Shown here one piece after another: positions 10,333 to 23,464 of a stretch of 64,000 nucleotides of DNA (positions are counted from its first letter, which is position 1; each line of letters opens with the position of its first letter). The translations under genes were made by a program, and so were the position numbers. Origin of the DNA: Ramazzottius varieornatus (lineage: Eukaryota > Animalia > Tardigrada); NCBI GenBank assembly GCA_001949185.1, contig BDGG01000005.1, forward strand, positions 1,105,249-1,169,248, given 5' to 3'. Below the pieces are notes generated by a model. The model was not told the origin of the DNA and made no database searches. It saw nothing but the letters and a program-made list of their open reading frames with translations.

Positions 10333-13140
10333 TCAGAGTTCGTCTTTAGGTCGATATCTCTGATAATGAGCATCCAGAAACTCAATAATTTTCTCTTTAG
10401 TGAAAGTTTTCGAAGGGAAGCGTATAGGTTGAGCTCGTTTATCAAACGGTACCATGAACAGCGTAGGGTACGTTTTGGGAACAAATCGGGCCGGCGGATC
10501 GTTTCCGAAAGTGTCCATGGACGCGAAGACTAGTCCAGGGTACTTTCTCTCTTCGGCAATCTCATTCAGTATCGTCAGGGCTTTTCGACAAGCCAGACAC
10601 TGAGGCCGATGGGCGAGGAGAGCAACTTGTTTGTCATGCCTTAGAATGAACTTGCGGAAAGTGGCACCGACTACAACTTTGACGGGATAATCGTCGCTGT
10701 CATCACTGGTCGGAGGCGACTGTGTGCGGTGATACGGCTTGATGCGATCTAGGGGAAAAAAATACAGAGAATTGTGAAGTACTAAATTCGGAAATTTGAA
10801 GAAAATAATGCTAGGACATGTTCGAAGAAAATCGAAAGCTCGGCAGCGCAATCGGCCAGATGGTTTTCCCAAGTGGCGCACGCGCTCACTTTTATAGGTA
10901 TAAAACGTGCGCTACTTGGAACAAAAGATCGTGTCGAGCTTGTTTGTCTACCCAAGTGGCCCACGTTTTTGTTGTTATTGGCTCCAAATGTGCACTACTT
11001 GGGGAAACGATCTGGTGGAATCTGTTTGCCGAGTTCCAAGTTGTGCTTTTGGGTGCCTTACTTTGGCGGAAGTCTTCGGCGAAGTCAGTCAAGTGCTTCA
11101 AGTTCATCATTTCCACGACTGGTCCTTGATAGTACTCGCCATTCTTCCCGATGATACCAACTAGGAGTTCTTCTGTATTTTGGCTGAAACCGAACCGTGC
11201 CAGTTCGCTCTTGAACTCCCGTCGATCAGAGATACACCAAGTGATGTCGGGGAAGCCTCGAACAACTTGCGCCATTTTGTTCCGATGAAAGACAGTGTCT
11301 AAAAGAACAAAGTCTCTTACAATGCTGCTTCTTCACAGAAACAAAACCAAACGCCCATGCTTACCATCTCCTGCTTCTCCCTTGCCCCAGTCGACCTTCA
11401 GGTACCCAATCAACAGGGGGCGCTTCGCGTACGTTGAGTTGGCGTTCTTCAAAGTTCGCTGCCCGACTTTCGGAAGACTCTTCTTAGAGACGAAGTCCAA
11501 CAGCATTTCTACGGTTGGGTTTGTCTATAAAGACCACAAAAATTTCAAACAGGCCTTCAATAACTTGAAGTCGTAGTACTCCTAAACTTACGGTGGGAAA
11601 CAGGTAACTGTGCTTGTCTTCCAAAGAAACATGTCGGCGTGGAGGGCTAACAACGATACGGAAGCCGGCTTCACCCGTGTCAGCGTCCAAGGGTGAAAAG
11701 TCCAGAGCATCCCGGGTCTTCAGAGGACCCTTGACGACAGCGAAGTTGATATCGTCCCGGAATCGGTTTGCTACAGTTGGAATGAAATCATTAGTAAAGA
11801 ATGTCATGATGCAAATTCAAACCGGAAACAGAGTCAAACCATACCGACTTCGAGGAAAACAGGGAAAGCGGGATTCTTCGTATCCTCAAATTGCCCAATG
11901 ACTGCGGGTTTATTTGGGTAACTTCTGCCCCAGCCTTCAGCTTCTTCCAATTTGTCGAAAGTTTTGTAGGCAGGTTCCAGCTGTCGTTTCAAGTACTCTA
12001 GAATGCCTAGAAAACGGAACCCATAAATATCAGAAGCTAGTCCGACGGAAGCAGTCAAAGTAGTCTGGCATCAAACCGTAGAAAAATGTTCTAATAGACG
12101 ATGGGGTGGTATATGACTATGAAGTCGAAGCGATCAGAGTGAAAAAATACCTGGTGCGGTCTTTTCTTTCGATTTGAAACTGTAAGCTTTTCCGTTCCGG
12201 AATATTTTTAAAGTGGGCACTTCAAAGATCTCATACTTCTGAGCGATATCCTCAGCTTGGTCCAGATTGATCTTGATGAATCTCACGCTTTTGCCAACGT
12301 CCACCAGTTCCATCATGTTCCCCAAAGCAGTCTCGTATTCCAGCATCAACCGCACACACATCGGACAACTGAAAACCGACAATTCCCATGACACAGATGT
12401 ATGTGGAAGCACCGAAAGTGTACTTACTTGTCTCGATAGAAAAGGACAGAAGCAACTTCCAGTCCCTTGATCGTGCCTTCGAAGTCGTGTTGGGTCAGTT
12501 CGTCCACCAGTTCCGGGTGTGGACGCGCCGGTGACCACATCATCTGTGACATGTCCTTGAGCTTCTTTACCAATGCCTCCGTAGTGGTAAAGTCGTCAAA
12601 ATTATACGGTTTCGAGTGGTGGAATAGAATGAACTGCGAGCTGTCTCCGCGAACGTCGATTAGGTCTGGAATTTCCGGATGGAGCGACACGTCGATCCTG
12701 GCCAGTGAGACAGAGGGCGCCTCGGCTTCCAATATCTTTGCGGCCTTCTCGTAATCTGGTAACATCTGCTTGTACCGCGCATCCCTGCCAGATAAGCCGG
12801 TGCACCACAGGATATAGAACAGAAAACTGAGACGAGGAAAGGTTGACCGGACTTACCAGGGTACGTGGAATAGCACAAGGACAATTTCATTGGCTTGCAC
12901 GAGATGATGGAAGGTTTCGGCGTCCAGCACAAACACGTCATTCTCATGCTTGATGTCCAGCTGCCGTCCTTCCCCACCTGTTGAAAATACCCGTGAGAAC
13001 TTTTAAAATAATTCATAAATCAAACTATAGTCTATCTAAAGCACAGAACGGAAAGAAGCGTCGCGCTTCGACTTACTGATAAGACTGTATTGCAACAGAA
13101 CGGCAAAAACTGCAGCCACTAGATGATTCATTCTCTCCAT
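10333..13140 (-). CDS. PDIA4/ERp72-like paralogue C (multi-exon)
   Basis: Signal-like MERMNHLVAAVFAVLLQYSLI; sites LFHVPWDARY, FYRDNCPMC and AHRPQCLAC; PTLKIFRNGK; C-terminal KDEL. Confidence 0.87.
10836..11037. repeat. Foldback family dimer E6 (last intron of PDI-C)
   Basis: Two cores, 10879/10909 and 10962/10992, both with 29-nt spacers; ends GCTCGGCAG and GTTTGCCGAGTTCC. Confidence 0.9.
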
Positions 13141-13792
13141 CTCGGACGGATTAATCCACAAGGTATCCCGTGTAAAGGGCCTAGCCTGACAAGAATTTCA
13201 TAGTTTGATCAGCAGATGACGTGCGGAGTTCGGAGGATGGTTTTTAGAGATGCCCTCGACCTATTAGAGGGTACAACGTGGATTAGCTCGGCCGGCTCAA
13301 TAAGCTCATTCTGCCGCAGGCAATGGTACTGTACGAGCTGATGCTACCCACTGACATAAAACCCCGAGCACCGATCGTCTTAATGACGAGCGGCAAACAC
13401 ATACCCTGCAGTCAGTTCACTGATAAAACGCTGCGTCTATAGCAACATTTTATACCAACTTAAAACCAATCGCCTTTTAGTGGATCTCAAAACTGCCCAT
13501 TCTGGAACGGCAGAAGTAAGTCCAGAAGAGCATAAAACACTTAATACTGTGTAAACTGTGAAATCAGAAATAAAAAGCAGGTTAGGAACTCTGGTGGAAT
13601 ACAAAAAGCTAAAACAATAACAACTTTTGATTTGATGATTTGAACATTGAAGTGTCCAGCAAGAGAGCAGTGTGAAAAGGCCACCATGAAATTTTGAGAC
13701 TCGTAAAAAAACAAAAAGTTGAGATTTTCCATTTTAACGAACCACTGTTTAGCTCGCAAGAGACTCGCAGTGCATGCCTGCCGCTGCAGGAG

Positions 13793-15719
13793 CTAGACTA
13801 CCGGGGTTCCCTGTCGGGCTCGCCGCGGTTCCGACTCGGCAAACATCACGTACGAATAAAACAAACCGGCAAGGACACTGAAGAAGAAAACATGGTACGC
13901 AATGCATTTAAAAACCAAAAAAAATAATCGGCATATCGGAGGTCGGCAAAACGAAGAGTACATGATTGTTGATCCAAGTTGCGCACGTTCTCATTGTGTT
14001 GATCGGGAGCGTGCGCCACTTAGCATAAACAGCCTTGTAAGTTTAGTTTGCCGACCTCCCATTTGACACAGTTCACGAAGATTATTTCAGACACACCTGA
14101 CGTTGAGTCCCGTAAAGTTCAGCCAGCTGAATAAGTAATCTCCTCCGATCCCCATGCCGATATAGACAGTCAGGATATTCTGGAAAGATTAGACCTGTGA
14201 GCTAAGTTAGGGCGGTAAAGGGACGCTCGACCAACCTTGAGCGCACCGATGACGGTCGTGGTTAACGCCGAGTTGTACGACGTGCACAGAATTATGGTGT
14301 AATTTATCACAAAACCCATAGCGCAGGAAGTGGCAAAATGAAGAACAAACAGTAGGTCTGTCCACCCAGAAAAATAATAGGCCTGTGAGGAAGACAAGAA
14401 ACCGATGATAACCGTTCGGGCTTTTCCGGATAGTTTCTATTGTGTCTTGCCTTTTGTAAGTCTCCAGTCACCGTCACGTATAAAAAAGAGGGAATAAAGA
14501 CAACCAACGAGTTGTAGAACAACAGGCCATACTCGCCCATTTCCTGCAACCCGCAATAGTTTACGTGGATGCTGCAAGTGGGAACTCTGGACCGAAAAAC
14601 GGAGTACCTACCTTATGGTTGAGTATCTTCTTCATGCAGACGCCATTCGCAGCCGTGAAGACATCGTTCATCAGAACGAAAATATAACCAACAAGATCGA
14701 ACCCCAAGTCCCCCCTAAAAAAACATTAGTGTAAGTGGGCAACCGACGGGAATCAAAGTAGGATACATGTTACCAGAAAAAGCCCCGTGCAACTTACAAA
14801 GCTGCGATGAGAGACCCCAGTATCATTCCGTAGACGCTCAACTGCACTCTGAGAGAGGGCTTTGATCTGAAAAACGGCGAGAAACAATGGAGGAACAGAT
14901 CCAAGTTCATCTTAGCAAATTCTTGCTGGTCCGTACTTCAAGAACCAATATTCGGCAATCATGGTGAAGAGGATGGAGAACCGTCGAAGTACAGTGAACA
15001 TCGGCAGACTAAAATGGGAATAATTTACTTCAACGCTTTAGCGTTTCTTGCTTTGCCCTCTACGTCATGGTAGGCCTGGCCAGACGTAATTCGAGCGATG
15101 TAACCGTTGAACCGAATAAGAATGGCGTGGAGATGTAAATTACGCACCTCAGCTTCTTGGTCCCTCCAAGCCCGAAGAACAAATTTCCCACAAATATGAA
15201 AGCAAGCGGCAAAACCTTGAAGAAAAATATCTCTTTATGGCAGTCATAGAAAAAGGGGTGTGCATCATGCAAACCTTATTTACCACCTCCAGGCTCATAT
15301 CTGGATAAGTTACAAGTGAGGACGCCTTTGCTGTAGAAAGGACCACAATTGTAATGACTATCTGTAACGAAAGAATTTTCAATATAATCCACTCATCGTT
15401 GTGAAGGCTTCTCGTTCAAGGAAGCACGTCGAAGTAGTGTACCTGTCCGAAACCTAAGACTTCAAATGAGGGAAATCTGCAACAAAGACAGTCCGAGGAT
15501 CTTATCCAGTTCGGCTCAAATGCAAAGGCACCCTGATGAAGGTACTAAGCTTACGTACTTGTAAGACGATAGGACAGTCTTGTTGATCGTCATCAGGACC
15601 ACCGACGCGACGGCGTAAGCAAGTGCGGACAAGATTTTGCGGAGAAACAGCGGCGCTGGACGGGCCTGAAGGTCCCCATCTTCCAGAGGCAACTCCGGTG
15701 CATCCTTCTCCGGCTTCAT
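13793..15719 (-). CDS. SLC35D-family UDP-sugar transporter (SLC35D1/2, fringe connection/sqv-7-like)
   Basis: Exons give [79 protein letters not shown] and [17 protein letters not shown]; last exon ends ...GTPVV*. Confidence 0.92.
13938..14060. repeat. Foldback family copy E7 (last intron of SLC35D)
   Basis: GGAGGTCGGCAAA..CCAAGTTGCGC-N28-GCGCCACTT..GTTTGCCGACCTCC; the only core with a 28-nt spacer. Confidence 0.9.
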
Positions 15720-16250
15720 ACTGCCAGCTTTGACTCGAGATTACTTCATCAAAGCCTGCTGCAACGAACAACTCCCGCATGCCAGATGTGTTCCTTGCTC
15801 CTCCCAGAGTACTATGGATCGCTGAAGTCCTTGCTCCTCTCAGCTCACAGCATGGACGGCCTTCAGAACCTGTAGGAAGCGGAGGAAGAATCGTTTAAAG
15901 ACTGGAGGAACAGAATTGGCTCAATCAAAACTCACAAGTCACAAACGTAAACAAACTGGTGCGTGATAAACTCCGCCCACTCTGACAGGCCTGCGCATGT
16001 ACAACTTGGCCTCGATGCATCTGCGCACTGAATGCAGGCGGAGAGGTGGCTGTTCACTTGATAGCACGAAACAAGATTTCCGTTTCCTTCATTCCTGTTC
16101 CAGTTTGTTCCTGCATCCAGCGTCCAACATTCTTCCTCTTTCCCCGTCCGCATGGATTCGCAGACCTGTTGTGTCCAGTATCTCAGAAGGTCCTAAGGGT
16201 GTGCGCCCGCCGGTTGTAAGACCACGACTCGGGGATAGAAACTGATCGTC

Positions 16251-17278
16251 ATGGCTGCTCTGCGGCTGTCGGATGACCATCACGTCTGGCTTGCTCATCT
16301 ATCTTCAGAAGATTTGGTCAATGAAGATGCTTTCGTACAGTTTCTCGAGGATATTGTGCAAAGCTTGTTGGAGTTGGAGCACAAGATAGCGCTCCTTGGT
16401 AAGATTCTGCATTCATCATATTTGGGAGCTTCGCAAGATCGTTTCTTCCAGTGGTGCACGCTTCCAGCCTATAACACTGGAAACGTGCGCCGCTTGAGAT
16501 GACGATCCTCCCGTGAGTGTTTGCCGAGCTCCCGACTTTGTCTAGGTTCCGGAGTCCGGACTCTAGTTCTGATCTGAGCGACATCTTACTTTAATACTTT
16601 ACTTTAAAGAAGGAAGCGAAGGAAACCCGGTCAATCTACTTTTGCTGAAACAAGCAGTGGCCGGAAGTGCATCTCTCTTGATAGAAGCTGCGAAGAGGGA
16701 CTGTGCGGCTGACAGTGTCGGGTACGATAGCACTTCAGTCTTTCTTTGTCTAACATTGAATCATTATTAGTAACTATAATGATGTCGAATACTTCAGGCT
16801 CTATTTGCAATCGATTGGTATACCGGAAAGGCGTGTACGAGCTTTCAGGGGCGTCTACGCGTCAAGAAAACAAGGCATCCGAGAATTGCTTTCGAGAATA
16901 AGTATAAATCTGCCACACATAATGGACGTTGACTGGAGATTAGACTGGGCCGTGAAGGTATGCCCAAGGATTAGCCACGAATTCCTTTCTTCAATGAGAG
17001 TTTCATCGCATAACTGTTCGTTTATCCCATAGTCGAATTCCTTATCGCGGATTGGGGAACCCAACTACCAAGTCGAACTGCAAACCTTAGCTCAGACAGA
17101 AGGACTGAAATCCATTGCTTTTGGCCTTTCCGTAGAGGAACTTCAGGTAGGCGGTCTTGTTTTCGCAAAGCGGAAGTGTAAATTTGACCGAGGAGATTCG
17201 GACTGTACATTCGTTTCACAGGACCTTGTATGGAACCTGAAGAGTGCCATCAAGTCGGTAGAGAAACATTGTCAATAA
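16251..17278 (+). CDS. COMMD3: COMM domain-containing protein 3
   Basis: Spliced product includes LLKQAVAGSASLLIEAAK, NLPHIMDVDWRLDWAVK and FGLSVEELQDLVWNLKSAIKSVEK, matching the COMMD3 pattern LPHITDVSWRL..EQLQDLVGKLK. Confidence 0.88.
16423..16533. repeat. Foldback family copy E8 (COMMD3 intron 1)
   Basis: GGGAGCT..CCAGTGGTGC(16457)-N29-GCGCCGCTTG(16487)..GTTTGCCGAGCTCCC; occupies most of a ~146-nt intron. Confidence 0.9.
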
Positions 17279-17867
17279 AACGGTACGAGGTAAACCACAT
17301 AATTCTGGCATACCGATTTTCGCACCATAAATCGGGCAACGCGAAATGTTTGGACATTATCGTCAACGCTCGGTTCATCTCTCATCGTACGCCTGTTGAT
17401 ACAATATTAGGCTTTTTGACATTGGACAGACCCATCCCTCTCCCAGGCCAAATTCCCGTGCTCGACAACGCTTTGTCGTTCTCAACCTATTGAAACCTCG
17501 AGGAGAGGGATCGGTCTACCTCAGGAAACAAGAAGCAGTTCATTACACGCAGCAAGAGCTGACAAAAAATATGCCCGAATTACGAGTGAAAACCACTATG
17601 CCCGAATTACGTCGTTTACCTCGTACTTGAATTCATTGAAACGTCTTGAATCTAATGGCTGGAAAACGTGTACAGAGCGCAGCTTCAACGCTGCACAGTC
17701 GTGGCAGTTTAGCAGAGTAATCTGTGATGATAGCATGGATGATAAAATGGATGTACAATCTAATTAACAGCTAACCAACACAGTTCGGTAAAAAGTAAAA
17801 ATTGTTGAGCTGAAGTATGGACAGATTGACAATGGAACTGCTTAACCCGAAATCCTCTTTCTCCGCC

Positions 17868-20800
17868 CTACACCGCAATTTCTCCTACAAAAAGACAGTT
17901 ACTGTACAACAGAAGTTGACAGATATCAACGACAGGTTTTCTTACCGGTGAGATGCTGTTCAGGTAGGCCGTTCGCACACTTCGCAAGGTTGTCCGTCTC
18001 TTCATCCGAGTCATATCCTTTCAAAGTGGGAATGCTGTTGTTTTCCGTCGGCCACATTACATTCTGCTTCGAGTCATCTTTCGAGACCGAGACCTCTTTG
18101 GCGGGTGTGCTGTTCGAAGAGGCTATTGCTGCCGGCGCCGGAATCGGCGTCGGGCTTCTAGGCGTCGTGTTGGAAGAGTCATCACGCGAGACCGATTCTG
18201 ATGGGACGGAAACAGACGTTTTCATCATACTTTTAGCCGCGTTCTCCAGTATCCGTTGTATGGCAGCAGCAGCCGCCGGTGACTTCTTTCGATCACGCTT
18301 CTTCTTCGTCTTCCCATATTGCCTGAAGAGAAACCCCGGCAAATTTTTTCGGTTGAATTTGGCATTTTTCTACGGTAATGGTACCAAGCACGGCCTTGAC
18401 CGCAACAGCAGCTGTCGGTCAGGGTCGTGCCCGGCACGGCCTCGGCACTTGTTTACCGTAAAAAAAGGGCAGACGTCAGATTCCCGCTAAGACATCTGTA
18501 GCACGGCACGAATTACTTCCCCATTCACTTACGTGGGCAGAGGAGATCCATTGACGATACTGATGCCAGGACCGCCGCTCAGCGGACTGAGCTTGACGAG
18601 GGTAGGTCTGGGCGCGATACTGCGCTGTTGGCCATACTTGGTGAAGGAACCGTTCGGTGAAGTCATGGGCGCGGCAGCGAATGACTGTCCGGAAAGGATG
18701 GGAACTGAGAAAAGTGCATTGCCGTTGAGCGACGCGTTCTGATTCCCCGAAGGTCCCGGCGTGCCAAACTGAGGGACCTGGTCCATGTTCAGGACATAGA
18801 CGTTGCCAGGTTGATTGTTCGGCTGGGATGCGGGAACGAGGTAAAGTTGTTGCTGTCCGTTACTTGAAGCACCGTTGGTGTACTGGACATTCATCGACAT
18901 GTTGGCCACAGGATTTTGGGGTCGAACCAGAGGACTTCCGTTCTCTGTACAAGACATTAAAAATATCATTGTACGACAGTACGTTTTCATCAATGGAAGG
19001 CTCGACAAACAAACTAGATAAAACGAAAACGTCGTCGACAGACGAAGTCACCTAGATTTTTTTCCCAACCGGTGCACGCTGTTGATCCATCACAATGAAA
19101 ACGTGCGCCGCTTGCACAGACTAATCTGGATGAAATGATTTGCCGACATCCCAATTCATTTTTCCAAGTGGCGCATGTTTTCAGTGCGCGCGGCTGGAAG
19201 CGTGCGCCAGTGGGAATAACGATTTTGTCGGGTGCCGATTCATTCAAACCAACTTACTCATGAAACCGAGAGATTTGATCGATTTCTTCTTTGACTTGAT
19301 GGCGACCTGGGCACCGACGCTGTCGAAGCTTTCATTCGGCAAGGTCCTAGCATAAGTATGGTCGTTCAGAGCCAGCTCCAGCGTATTACTTTCCGTCTTT
19401 ACTTCCCCAGCCTCACTTCCATTCACATTCTTCCCCTCATCCTGTACTACTTTAGGTTTGCGCACCCTTCGCTTCTTCACCACTCCTTCTTCACTCGCCA
19501 CTGGCTTCTTCCGTCGTTTCACCGCAGTCTTTCTGCCCATATCGACCGCTGATTTCTGCCGCTCTACTGCGCTCTGACTTTGTCGAATGTAGTCCAGGTA
19601 GCGCATCTCACTCACCGCGTCATTGTCAATCTGCGCAATATTCTTGAAACACGTCGCAAGGTACTGCTGAAACTTCGGGTCGACATTCACGTACTCGATC
19701 TTGATCAAGTTCGACTCGTACGGTGCGACCAACTCATCGCTTAAAACTTCCCCGTTTCTCGCCAGTTGTTCTACTGCCTTTGTTATAGATAGAGCAGCTA
19801 CATCCTTCTTTACCATCTTTGGTGGGGAAGGATCCAGCCCGACGAACATCGGAATCTTACGTTTCCGTCTTCGAGACGGCTTTCCATATTCTATGTGTGC
19901 TCCGTCTACCGGAGCCGCTGTGTGCTTCGAGGCTTCGAAGAGCGGGTCGGTGTCGATGGAGTCAGGTAAAGGTGCTTCGAATGTCACCTTACCCTTGCGT
20001 CGTTTCGCGAGGGGGTTCTGCCGTCCACTCGTCATGTTGAAATTGATCTGACGTCCGTTGGTGAATGGCAAGTCCAGGATCCTCTTTTGCCGTTGACGCT
20101 TCCGTGCGGGCTGCGAGTCCTCGACAGCTGACTGTGAAGGCACGGAAATCCATTCATCTCGGACCTGGCTGGTGGAGGGTTGTGGTTCGGAAGGGGGAGG
20201 AGGGGTGACTGGAGTAGATGGCGTGATGCCGACGGGTCGTTTCCGGACTGCCCGGACGATGGCGGCTTCCATGCTGACGTCGTCGCTGAAGGAGTCCACG
20301 TCCGCCAGGACGAAGTCAAACACCAGGTTCTCCGGCTATGGAAGAAAATACAAAATGTGAGAAAACATTATATCCAGTCTGTACGAGGTACTGTATCAGA
20401 CTATACCCCGTACCTGCTTGCAAGAAAAAAATCGAATGATATCCGAGAGCGTGTATGAGTCCTCCAAAATGATATTGGTCAGCAGGAATACAACCTGTAC
20501 AGTAAGGCAGAAATAACCTATGATCAACTGTACGTACTGTACGTACTGCGTGTACTGCTTCTGACAGGCGGCCTCTACAGTGCTCCACCACAGCAGGAGG
20601 AAGAAGAAGGGTCAGAGCGGAAGCATAAAAGTCAACCTCACATCACTACAGTCACAGTACAATCGGTACAGAAAGCGCACCATGTGGTTGGGTTGAAGAT
20701 GGAATTTGAGAGCGGCGAGCTTCTTCAACTCTCCGACGGCTGAATCAGACTGTAGGCAGTAGCGGAAACAACTCTGCGCTTTCACCTAAATATGAACAGA

Positions 20801-22154
20801 TACAGATTACGCGAATTTAAATGTTCGGACACTGGGGTTACCAGTATACCAATTCGTCCTTTCGTTGCAAACCCTCCGGAATTTTCGGGCTGTCCCTGTA
20901 CAAAAACACCGGTCAGGACCACGAATGCACTGGTTGCTGCGAGAATGAAAAAAGACTTACGAAACGACGGACAGATACTGCAGTGATACGAAGACAGTCT
21001 TATGCACTGGACGAGGCAGCCAATCCACGTTCTGTATCACGCCCAGATCTTCCTGCGTAGCTTCACGGAGATTGGCGTTGAAAAACTCTCCTGTACAGAA
21101 AATCGAGCATGGAACCCAAGGCAATAATAAAGGTCACTTTCTAATCACCACACACCGTGATTGAGTCATGACTACACTTACGGCTCTTTGGATTTTCTTG
21201 GTAGAACACCCGCCGCTTCTCCATCTCATCTAAAAAAACCAATGATATTAGTAATAGTGATATAAAAGTCATCGTAAAGTAGTTCCAGTTCCGGCATGCA
21301 CAAATTTATACAAGAAGCGTCGTACCTTTGTATACATGTGGAAAGAGCTTGTAAACCAGCGTCTGAAGCGTCGTGTCATTCCTGCAACGAGAAAAAGGGA
21401 TTCGCATCCACCCGCTGCTCTGGAACACATACCGACTTTTATCGGTGCTACAACTGGTATTCTTGATGGTGTAAACAAGCCACGAGTTCTTTTCCGCAAC
21501 CACCCGTCTCGCAGCCCGTCTGACCGCCGGTCAATGGGTCTGCGTTATACAGTGGCAGAGTAGCTCACATGGATTCATCAATTCTTGTGACACCACCTGG
21601 TTACTCCTAACAAATGCGCCGAGAATGGAGTCAATTATTACGCGATCTATGACCCATGTGTTAACAAGCGCTACTGTAGTATTGGTGCGCCGTGTACGGG
21701 CGGTTCAGCCAACGAATCAATCGAAGTGCCCCAAGTCCATCTAGGGTGCAAAATGGCGACTATGACGTCGTCCATATCGACGAATCAGAGTGATGCAAGT
21801 TGCAACAGGGGAGTATATGTGTAACACACTCACTTGATCTTTGCCAGAGGTTTCGTCTTGTGAATCTCGGCCCCACAATCTCCGACAGGACACACTGCTG
21901 CCCCAGGACGTGAACAGTGCTTGACGATGCACGATCTGCAAACTGAAAGCACAAAACATGTCCAGCACGATATCTGCGCTACTCCAAGCTCGGTTGGCAT
22001 GATTATGCGATCAAATGTGACACACAATCAAGCGACACCTACACTCATGCGAGCATTCGGGCAATGCCGTGGCGTCGATCAGTACTCCGTCGCAAAGATA
22101 ACAGGTAATGTACTGTCGCAAAATATCCCTCGGTAGTCGGAGTATCACGTCCAT
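17868..22154 (-). CDS. Polycomb-group RING finger protein (Psc/Su(z)2/BMI1-like) with a long low-complexity C-terminus
   Basis: RING ([28 protein letters not shown]..CP), DTTLQTLVYKLFP, and RAWUL-like RYCLQSDSAVGELKK and DSYTLSDI, followed by large S/P/K-rich exons. The 3' end (last exon ..GEIAV*) is tentative. Confidence 0.85.
19031..19238. repeat. Foldback family dimer E9 (PCGF intron)
   Basis: Cores 19075/19105 and 19174/19204, both with 29-nt spacers. Confidence 0.88.
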
Positions 22155-23464
22155 CTTGAAGTGCTTAGGTAGAAGAAACTCGGAAGAAACAACGCCTTGC
22201 AAGAATTGGCTCTTTTCCAAAGGGACGTCCACGACGCGAAACTAAGGCACTGTGCCGTTATCAGGACAGTCTGAAATGTTCCGTAGCATGAGGGACAGCT
22301 GGGTACAGTTGGAAGTATGCACATAAAGAGACCAAGAGGAATAAACCTTCCACCACCGATACGAAAGCTGCAACTTGAATGATGCTGCGCTTGTTCAGAG
22401 TCAGCAAACAGGCCATGCTGCTTTTACCGTTCAAGCACGCGGTAAACCAGCGAATGAGCCATCAAGACCACGCCTTCTCTCGCGTCCGTCGCATAAAAGG
22501 ACCTGCGGTTCCTCGAGTCTCTTCCGGTCATCCGTGTCGTGAAAACCTTCAAAGCTGCAGTACCGTCCAGTTGCAGCGTGAAATAAGAGGAAGGGCGACA
22601 GAGCGATGGTGATTTCCACATTTTCCGCAGTACAGACTACGCGAACAACGCGAAGTCATTGTGATCGGCTTTAGTCTATACAGTGCACATGATGATCATA
22701 ATTTAGCTGCAAGATTTCGAGTTTTGCATCGAACTGTCGCGAAAAGTGCGGAATACAGTATCGCTTGAGAAATTTGAGACCGCAGCCACTGACAAGTATT
22801 GCAAACTGGTCAGTTGAGCGACGTTGTCCATTATTGGGTGATGCTACTGTAAACTACCGGCCATCCGCCCCAGCGGCCCAGCATCACAAATATGCTGGGT
22901 TTCCGCTTCTCCGCCTTCCTGGGTCGCTTAATAGCATTACTTACGTGACAAGGAACGTAAGTAGCGCCTATGGTCATCAGAATTGTTAGAAAAACGTATC
23001 TTGCAGCCTCGGAGGTTACTCGGGAGGTTTCCCGATCAAGCATATCATAGCTCGTTGTCAACAGAGCTGTTTCCGACTTACAGTGTTGCCCCGCTTGCAC
23101 AGTCCGGAAAGAACAGGCCTAGAGTTGCAACTAGGGGCTCCATTTATGTGCTTGACCCTCAATGTATTCAGGAAATTCAGAGCCCAAGGATGATGTGGTG
23201 AAGGCTGCGTTTGCACGTCGTAAGCGATCAATCAACGGATGCAAGTAGCGTTGGTATGATATCACTTCCAAGTTCCGATATCCCATGGAAACAGTTGCTT
23301 ACATTGCGACTGAAAATTTACGATTGCGGACGTCGTCATTCTTGTGAATGTGACGATCTCTTCCACAGCGCAACTCATTGTTTCAGTCGGCAATGGCGGA
23401 GAGTATGAGGCCGAGCTGACTTTCCTTATCTTATTTATCCTCTTTGTTTTCTTGATATTTTATT

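Noticed and set aside
17570-17610. Direct repeat TATGCCCGAATTACG x2 between COMMD3 and PCGF
   Set aside because: Only two copies; consistent with a local slippage duplication.
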